Below are positions 58,701 through 64,000 of a DNA stretch of 64,000 nt, in pieces. Origin of the DNA: Halanaerobium sp. GTDB lineage: Bacteria; Bacillota; Halanaerobiia; Halanaerobiales; Halanaerobiaceae. The DNA lies in contig JBHEOV010000001.1 in NCBI GenBank assembly GCA_046260625.1, positions 3,005 through 67,004 on the forward strand. Reading direction: 5' to 3'. Numbering within the stretch: the first letter of the stretch is position 1; each line of letters opens with the position of its first letter. A model generated the notes under the pieces. That model was given only the letters and a program-made list of their open reading frames with translations. It did no database searches and was not told the DNA's origin. Position numbers and translations under genes: made by a program.

Positions 58701-59079
58701 GGCTTTTTTAACCGTCAGTGACCGCGAGGAAAAAATCGAAGTAATAGTTTTTTCAGATCTATTTAAAAAGCTCAACTTTGATATCTTAGAAAACAGAGGA
58801 CTTTTAATTTATGGAGAAAAAAGTGAAGATCAGATTATTGCCAAAAAAATTATTTCTTTAAAAGATGAATTATTATTAATCAATATTTCTGAGCTGCCTA
58901 AAAATAGAATAGTTAAATTAAAAAGTTATTTACTCAAAAAAGGAGGTAATGTTTCGGTTCTGTTGAAAAAGAATAATAGGTTGATAATAACTGCTGATAA
59001 GTATAATATTAACAGCAGTCAGCAGACCAAAGCTGAGCTGGCACGAGCTCTAAAGAAGTCAGAGTATAAGTTTATTTAA
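55723..59079 (+). CDS. dnaE: DNA polymerase III alpha subunit
   Basis: PHP domain HLHNHS.FSLLDG, GRGSAAGS, PDIDIDF, HAAG, KMDFLGL, FNKSH. Confidence 0.98.
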   Translation: MADFVHLHNHSAFSLLDGAIRVDSLIEKTKEYEMPAAAITDHGVLYGMIDFYRKAKKEAIKPIIGAELYLAPGSRFEKSRKCYHLVLLAQNKQGYHNLIQLVSKAWLEGFYYKPRVDKELLAEYSQGLICLSACLQGEIPQLLINGNYDLAQKAASDYRAIFGKENFFLELQDHNLQQEKEAAQGLLKLSRQENIPMVVTNDSHYLNKEDAELQDILLALQTGTTVDDQNRMTFTGEEFYYKSPAEMKKLFPDLESAYQNTLKIADRVDLDLDFNHFYLPEYPDLGAEKSPEELLRKLCWQGLKAKEMDSDQKAVERLKYELEIIFEMGYAAYFLIVYDFVKYAEDNGIMVGPGRGSAAGSLVAYLLKITKVNPLKYGLIFERFLNPERVTMPDIDIDFDENRDQIIEYVKKRYGTERVAQIGTFGTMAARAAVRDVGRVLAIPYGKVDKVAKLISSRKGIDESIKDQNKLQELYRNDGEIKELLDYARGVEGLPRHISTHAAGVIIGAEPLAQIVPLQKQDESVITQLPMGDLEALGLLKMDFLGLRNLTVIKNTLKLVEEHRGIKIDIDNIPLDDQEVYQFLGTGKTAGVFQMESYLFQSLNKKMKPERFNDLIAMLALGRPGPLGSNIVDDFIEIRHGKKEAEYLHPKLKPILEETFGMILYQEQVMEIASSLAGYSMGEADLLRRGMGKKKLELVASEREKFVKGALERGLEEDTAQEIFDQMEYFAGYGFNKSHSTAYAFLAYQTAYLKYHYPAEFMAALFSSVMGNQDKIADYIKASREIKLEILPPDINQSYHDFTAANEGQIRYGLKAIKNVGSASIKALVKARQEKKFTSLIDFLKRVDISAINVQSLEAFIKAGAFDQIAVSRASLLLNYEELYNKYNNLSKNRAQGQQSFAELFEDQNDFMEEDLNYTEVEELKTETILEQEKEFLGIYLSAHPLDQYQDKLEQLNTYSIKRIIEVPAGQKVLTAVYLTNYKEHITKRNNKMAFLTVSDREEKIEVIVFSDLFKKLNFDILENRGLLIYGEKSEDQIIAKKIISLKDELLLINISELPKNRIVKLKSYLLKKGGNVSVLLKKNNRLIITADKYNINSSQQTKAELARALKKSEYKFI

Positions 59080-59216
59080 TTTTGGAATTTATTCCTTATA
59101 TTTTGACTAAAAGTCGATAAAAATAGAAAAGCAGCTAAATTTTGTCTTAAAAATGTTAAAATTTCTTGACAATTCTTTTTTGCTTATTATATTATTAAAT
59201 GGATAAAGGAGGAAAA

Positions 59217-59441
59217 ATGATGGATGTTAATGCTGATTATATTTTAATTAAGGCCCTGGAAGATGGAGTTACAATTATTGGTTTAACCAGAGGTAAGGAT
59301 ACAAAATTTAATCATACAGAAAAATTGGACAAGGGAGAAATCCTGGCTGCTCAGTTTACCGAAAACGTTTCTGCAATGAAAATTAGAGGTAAGGCAGAGA
59401 TTATGAGCAAACACGGAAAAGTTAATTCTGAAGGCAAATAA
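59217..59441 (+). CDS. mtrB: trp RNA-binding attenuation protein TRAP (start 59217 or 59220)
   Basis: IKALEDGV.IIGLTRG.DTKF.H.EKLDKGE...AQFTE..SA.KIRG; RBS AGGAGG; TTGACA promoter at 59166. Confidence 0.93.
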   Translation: MMDVNADYILIKALEDGVTIIGLTRGKDTKFNHTEKLDKGEILAAQFTENVSAMKIRGKAEIMSKHGKVNSEGK

Positions 59442-59512
59442 GAGCAAGGTAAATAATAGCTTTGTTTTCCAGTATATTATATAAAAAGCTGGAAATTGAA
59501 AGGAGCTTATAA

Positions 59513-59689
59513 ATGTGGCAGGTAGTCTATATAGCTTCTTCGAAAGAGGAAGCTGATAATATTTTAAAAATTATGGAAAAAGAAGGCTTTATGGTTCAGA
59601 TTGATGCTGCCGGTTCTGGAAGTTATCAGGTCAAAGTTCCGGCAAGTGAAGCCGAAGAAGCCTATTCCTGTTTACATAGAAATTTTTAA
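59513..59689 (+). CDS. Small 58-aa protein missing from the ORF track (DUF2007/PII-fold-like)
   Basis: RBS AAGGAG, then MWQVVYIASSKEEADNILKIMEKEGFMVQIDAAGSGSYQVKVPASEAEEAYSCLHRNF*; fills the mtrB-pfkA gap. Confidence 0.85.
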   Translation: MWQVVYIASSKEEADNILKIMEKEGFMVQIDAAGSGSYQVKVPASEAEEAYSCLHRNF

Positions 59690-59706
59690 TTGGAGGTAAT
59701 ATATTA

Positions 59707-60705
59707 ATGAAAAAAATAGCAGTACTTACAAGTGGAGGCGACGCTCCAGGTATGAATCCAGCTATTAGATCAGTAGTTAGGACAGCTATTTATAACAATC
59801 TGGAGGTAGTTGGAGTAAGACATGGATATCAGGGTCTTATTGAAAAGGACTTTTTCCCGATGGATAGAGGTTCAGTTGGAGATATTATTCAGCGTGGTGG
59901 AACTATTCTGCTTTCGGCCCGCTGTGAAGAATTCAAAACTGAAGCAGGCAGAAAAAAAGCTTATGATAATATGAGGGAAGCGAGTATAGATGCTCTAGTT
60001 GTTATTGGTGGTGACGGTTCACTCCGAGGAGTACAAAAAATTAATGCCGAAAGTGAAATCAAGGCAGTGGGTATTCCTGGAACTATCGATAATGACCTCT
60101 CCTGTACTGATTATACAATTGGTGTTGACACAGCAATGAATACAATTTTAGATGCAATTAATAAAATTAGAGATACAGCCACCTCTCATGAAAGAACATT
60201 TGTGATTGAGTGTATGGGCCGTGATTCCGGCTATTTAGCTTTAATGGCAGGTTTAGCCGGAGGAGCGGAATATATTTTAGTTCCCGAAATCGATTTTACT
60301 CCTCAAGAAGTTTGTGATAAAATTACACAAGGATTTGAAAGAGGTAAACTACACAGTTTAATTTTGATTGCAGAAGGAGTTAAAGCTCAATTTGCTGATT
60401 TAAAAGAATATAACGGTAGTCCCGGTCTGGCTATGGGAGATTTAATTAGAGAAAGAACAGATATGGAAACCAGAGTAACCATTTTAGGTCATCTGCAGCG
60501 GGGTGGAAGTCCAACTGCAACTGATCGAATTGTTGCCAGTCGGATGGGATATAAAGCCGTTGAGTTATTAATGGATGGAAAACGGGATAAAATGGTGAAT
60601 TTTAAGAATAACACTATTGGCTCTTGTGATGTTGAAGACGCAATTGTCGAAAAAGAGTCACTGAATATGGATATCTTTAAATTAGCTAAAATTTTATCAA
60701 TGTAA
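59707..60705 (+). CDS. pfkA: 6-phosphofructokinase
   Basis: TSGGDAPGMN, GGDGS, PGTIDND, MGR, LGHLQRGG. Confidence 0.97.
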   Translation: MKKIAVLTSGGDAPGMNPAIRSVVRTAIYNNLEVVGVRHGYQGLIEKDFFPMDRGSVGDIIQRGGTILLSARCEEFKTEAGRKKAYDNMREASIDALVVIGGDGSLRGVQKINAESEIKAVGIPGTIDNDLSCTDYTIGVDTAMNTILDAINKIRDTATSHERTFVIECMGRDSGYLALMAGLAGGAEYILVPEIDFTPQEVCDKITQGFERGKLHSLILIAEGVKAQFADLKEYNGSPGLAMGDLIRERTDMETRVTILGHLQRGGSPTATDRIVASRMGYKAVELLMDGKRDKMVNFKNNTIGSCDVEDAIVEKESLNMDIFKLAKILSM

Positions 60706-60727
60706 GTAAAATAACTGGGAGGTTAAT

Positions 60728-62482
60728 ATGAGAAAAACGAAGATAGTATGTACTTTAGGACCAGCAACAAATGACAAAGAAACGATTAAAAAAGTTGTTA
60801 ATGCCGGGATGAATGTTGCCCGCATGAACTTCTCTCATGGAGATCATGAGGAACATAAGCAGAGAATTGATCTGGTTAAGGAAGTTGAAAAAGAAACAAG
60901 TAAAAATATTGGTTTAATGCTTGATACCAAGGGCCCTGAAATTAGAACTGGAGAAATGAAGGGTGACAAGATTCAGCTGCAGGCAGAGACTGAATTAGTA
61001 ATCAGCAAAGAAGATGTTGAAGGTACAACTGAAAAGATTTCTGTATCCTATAAAGATTTAGCACAGGATATGGAGCCAGGCCACAGAATTTTGATTGATG
61101 ATGGTTTAATCGAACTTGAAGTTACAGAAATTAATGGTGATGATGTAGTAACCAGAGTTGTTAATGGTGGAGAACTTGGTTCTCGCAAGGGTGTTAACTT
61201 ACCAGGTGTTAAGGTGAGCTTACCAGCTCTAACTGAAAAAGATATTTCTGATATTCGCTTTGGTGTAAGTCAGGGAATGCATTTTATTGCAGCTTCTTTT
61301 GTGCGGAAGGCCAATGATGTGATTGAAATCCGCAAGATTTTAGAAGAAAGCGGAGATGAAGATGTCTTTATTATAGCTAAAATAGAAAATCAGGAAGGTG
61401 TAGAAAATCTTGATTCTATTTTAGAAGTAGCAGATGGAATTATGGTTGCTCGTGGTGACCTTGGGGTAGAAATACCTGCAGAAAAGGTACCAATTGTACA
61501 GAAGATAATGATCAAAAAATGTAATGAAGCATCAAAACCTGTTATTACTGCAACTCAGATGCTGGATTCAATGATCAGAAATCCACGCCCAACTAGAGCT
61601 GAGGCTTCTGATGTTGCTAATGCAATTTATGATGGAACAGATGCAACTATGTTATCTGGAGAATCTGCAGCCGGTAAATATCCAGTAGAGTCAGTAAACA
61701 CTATGGCCCAGATTGCTAAAGAAGTTGAAAACTCCGAAAGCTACAAAGATAAATTTGCAGGTAAATATGAATTTGAAGCAGATTCTGTAACTGCTGCAAT
61801 CTCACTTGCTACCTGTCAGACTTCGGAAGAACTGGGAGCAGAAGCAATTATCACCTCAACTGGTTCCGGTCTAACAGCGAGAACAGTTTCTAAATATAGA
61901 CCACAGACTCCGATTATCGCTGTTACTCCAAATAAAAGAGTATTACATCAGCTGGCAATGACCTGGGGAGTTTCTCCATTACTTGCAGCTAGAAGTACTA
62001 CAACTGATGAAATGATGGACAATGCTATTTCTACAGCTGTTGATTATAATCTTATAGAAGAAGGAGATCTGGTAACAATTACAGCCGGTACTCCTGTAGG
62101 TATTTCTGGTACAACTAACTTAATCAAGATAGATGTTGTTGGTAAACCAGTTGCTGATGGTCAGGGAATCGGTAAGAGTATAGCAGTCGGACCTGCTAAG
62201 ATTGTTAAAACTGCAGAAGAAGCGATGGAAAAAATTGAAGAAGGAGATATTATGATTGCTCCGATGACTGATCGCGACTTTGTGCCTGCAATGAAGAAAG
62301 CAGCTGCAGTAGTTACCTTCAGTGGAGGATTAACCTCACATCCAGCAATTGTTGGTCTCAATATTGGTATTCCTGTAGTAGTTAATACTGGTGATATTAG
62401 TGATGACTTTAAAGATGGTGAAACAATTACTGTAGATGGTGTTAGAGGCTTAGTTTACAGAGGTCAGGCACATCTTAAGTAA
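60728..62482 (+). CDS. pyk: Pyruvate kinase with C-terminal PEP-utiliser swivel domain
   Basis: RKTKIVCTLGP, NFSHG, MVARGDLG, ATQML, C-terminal GGLTSHPA. Confidence 0.98.
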   Translation: MRKTKIVCTLGPATNDKETIKKVVNAGMNVARMNFSHGDHEEHKQRIDLVKEVEKETSKNIGLMLDTKGPEIRTGEMKGDKIQLQAETELVISKEDVEGTTEKISVSYKDLAQDMEPGHRILIDDGLIELEVTEINGDDVVTRVVNGGELGSRKGVNLPGVKVSLPALTEKDISDIRFGVSQGMHFIAASFVRKANDVIEIRKILEESGDEDVFIIAKIENQEGVENLDSILEVADGIMVARGDLGVEIPAEKVPIVQKIMIKKCNEASKPVITATQMLDSMIRNPRPTRAEASDVANAIYDGTDATMLSGESAAGKYPVESVNTMAQIAKEVENSESYKDKFAGKYEFEADSVTAAISLATCQTSEELGAEAIITSTGSGLTARTVSKYRPQTPIIAVTPNKRVLHQLAMTWGVSPLLAARSTTTDEMMDNAISTAVDYNLIEEGDLVTITAGTPVGISGTTNLIKIDVVGKPVADGQGIGKSIAVGPAKIVKTAEEAMEKIEEGDIMIAPMTDRDFVPAMKKAAAVVTFSGGLTSHPAIVGLNIGIPVVVNTGDISDDFKDGETITVDGVRGLVYRGQAHLK

Positions 62483-62523
62483 ATTAAAGTAATAAATCAA
62501 AGTAAAATTAGATAAATTAATTT

Positions 62524-62556
62524 GAGGGCGGATAAAATCTTCGCCCTCTTATTTTT
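62524..62556 (+). terminator. Terminator after pyk
   Basis: GAGGGCG/CGCCCTC followed by TTATTTTT. Confidence 0.8.
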
Positions 62557-62635
62557 GTCTGAAAAGCTTTAGTTTAAATACATTTAGAATTTAAAAGAGT
62601 TAAATTCGGATCTATTTATTGTTTTTTTGACTTAA

Positions 62636-62667
62636 CACTTTACAACAATAAAGTAATAAAGTATAAT
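62636..62667 (+). promoter_or_regulatory. Sigma-A promoter overlapped by a HisR-type palindrome
   Basis: TTTACA-N17-TATAAT (62639-62667); CACTTTA-CAACAA-TAAAGTA (62636-62655) plus an extra TAAAGTA half-site 8 bp further on. Confidence 0.7.
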
Positions 62668-62696
62668 AGAAGAAAAGAAATCAAGGAGGAAAAAGA

Positions 62697-63491
62697 ATGA
62701 AAAATAATTTATTAAATATTTTTGTAGTATTAGTTTTAGCGATTTTACTTATTGGTGGTAATGTAATGGCTGAGGATTCTCTGGCGGAAATTCAGGAAAA
62801 GGGTAAAATGGTGGTAGGTCTTGATGACAGTTTTCCACCAATGGGTTTTAGAGATGATAGTGGAGAGATTGTTGGTTTTGATATAGATTTAGCTAAAGAA
62901 GCAGCAAAAAGACTTGGTGTTGAAGTAGAATTTAAGGCTGTTGACTGGGATGGTGTAATTTTGAGTCTTAAAAATGGTATGATTGATGTAATTTGGAATG
63001 GTCTTACAATTACTCCAGAACGAGATGAGAGCATCGATTTTACACAGCCTTATTTAGAAAATTCACAGAGTATTGTAGTTGAGGCAGATAGTGATATCGA
63101 GTCTAAGGCAGATTTAGCTGATAAGGTTGTTGGAATTCAGCTGGGAAGTAGTGCAGTAAGTGCTGTAGAATCTGAGCCAGAAGTAATGGAATCTTTTAAA
63201 GAACTGCGTCAGTTTTCCAATAATACTGAAGCTTTAATGGATCTGCAGACCGGCAGAGTTCAGGCAGTTGTATTAGATGTAATTGTGGGTCGTTATTATA
63301 TCAGTCAGCGTCCGGGACAGTTTAAAGTTCTAAAAGATGATTTTGGTGGCGAAGAGTATGGAGTTGGAGTGCGTGATGGTGCAGATTCATTCAGAGAAGC
63401 ACTTAATGATGCTTTAGATGAAATGATTGCAGACGGAACAGCAGCAGAAATTTCTAATGAATGGTTTGGAGAAGATATTGTTCTTAAGTAG
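62697..63491 (+). CDS. Polar amino-acid ABC substrate-binding protein (histidine predicted from the operator)
   Basis: Signal peptide, GLDDSFPPMGF, GFDIDLA, DVIWNGLTITPER, EEYGVGVR. Confidence 0.9.
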   Translation: MKNNLLNIFVVLVLAILLIGGNVMAEDSLAEIQEKGKMVVGLDDSFPPMGFRDDSGEIVGFDIDLAKEAAKRLGVEVEFKAVDWDGVILSLKNGMIDVIWNGLTITPERDESIDFTQPYLENSQSIVVEADSDIESKADLADKVVGIQLGSSAVSAVESEPEVMESFKELRQFSNNTEALMDLQTGRVQAVVLDVIVGRYYISQRPGQFKVLKDDFGGEEYGVGVRDGADSFREALNDALDEMIADGTAAEISNEWFGEDIVLK

Positions 63492-63502
63492 GAGGCATTT
63501 AC

Positions 63503-64000
63503 TTGTTTGATTATATAATAAACGTATCAGGATATATACTGGAAGGTAGTTTGGTTACCTTCCAGCTTTATTTGGCCACAGCTTTATTTTCAGTACTGGT
63601 AGGTATAGCTGGAGCACTGGGGAAGCTCTCAAAAATTCCTCTTTTAGAAGCACTACTATCATTTTATACCTGGGTTTTTAGAGGGACTCCACTTTTACTG
63701 CAGCTTTTCTTTGCCTATTATGGTCTGCCAGTTCTTGGGATAACCTTAAATCCCTTTCCTGCTGCAGTACTGACTTTTATCCTTAACTATGGTGCCTATT
63801 TTACTGAGATATTTAGAGGTGGAATCGAATCTATTAATGAGGGTCAGTATGAGGCTGCTAAAGTTTTAGGGATGAACTACAGACAGACAATGAGTAGAAT
63901 TGTTATTCCTCAGACTGTAAAAAGAGTACTGCCTGCAACCAGTAATGAGGCAATAAATCTGGTTAAAGACAGTGCCTTAGTAGCTGTAATTGGTCTTGGA
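63503..64000 (+). CDS. Polar amino-acid ABC permease (runs off the window end)
   Basis: RBS AGGAGG + TTG; MFDYIINVSGYILEG...FRGTPLLLQLFFAYYGLP...EIFRGGI...GQYEAA. Confidence 0.92.
   Translation, partial: MFDYIINVSGYILEGSLVTFQLYLATALFSVLVGIAGALGKLSKIPLLEALLSFYTWVFRGTPLLLQLFFAYYGLPVLGITLNPFPAAVLTFILNYGAYFTEIFRGGIESINEGQYEAAKVLGMNYRQTMSRIVIPQTVKRVLPATSNEAINLVKDSALVAVIGLG

Noticed and set aside
59080-59706. TRAP-binding (G/U)AG repeat tract near mtrB
   Set aside because: No run of regularly spaced NAG triplets seen

Overview
AT-rich window of mostly core chromosome from an anaerobic, probably halophilic Firmicute (Halanaerobium-like; this is an inference from gene content and protein composition). 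Order: 3' end of groEL; PDRP-ppdK; guaA with a TrpR-like YerC/HisR gene; an OpuC-type osmoprotectant ABC operon; an FAD oxidoreductase; tRNA-Pro(CGG); a peroxiredoxin; a DNA-processing cluster (degenerate SF1 helicase, intact UvrD-like helicase, stand-alone 4-Cys PD-(D/E)XK nuclease, 2-TM protein, RecJ); comB-like gene, hslO, hflX; adhE followed by an hfs-type [FeFe]-hydrogenase sensing cluster; a NitT/TauT-type ABC transporter preceded by a Fur box; GIY-YIG-pcrA-ligA-gatCAB; a sulfur module (two YeeE, SLC13, MBL-rhodanese, ArsR); MATE and AEC transporters; rlmD; small Fe-S genes; dnaE-mtrB-small ORF-pfkA-pyk; and the start of a polar amino-acid ABC operon. I found no transposase, integrase, prophage gene or CRISPR array. 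Best leads: (1) an AddAB/AdnAB-like helicase-nuclease split into three proteins and coupled to RecJ; (2) two HisR-type palindromes, over the guaA-hisR promoter and the amino-acid ABC promoter; (3) a circularly permuted osmolyte-binding protein behind a terminator-containing leader; (4) a TauT-like transporter under a Fur box; (5) a probable AUU start for hflX; (6) a TRAP with an altered tryptophan pocket. All calls come from reading motifs by eye; no database searches were run.
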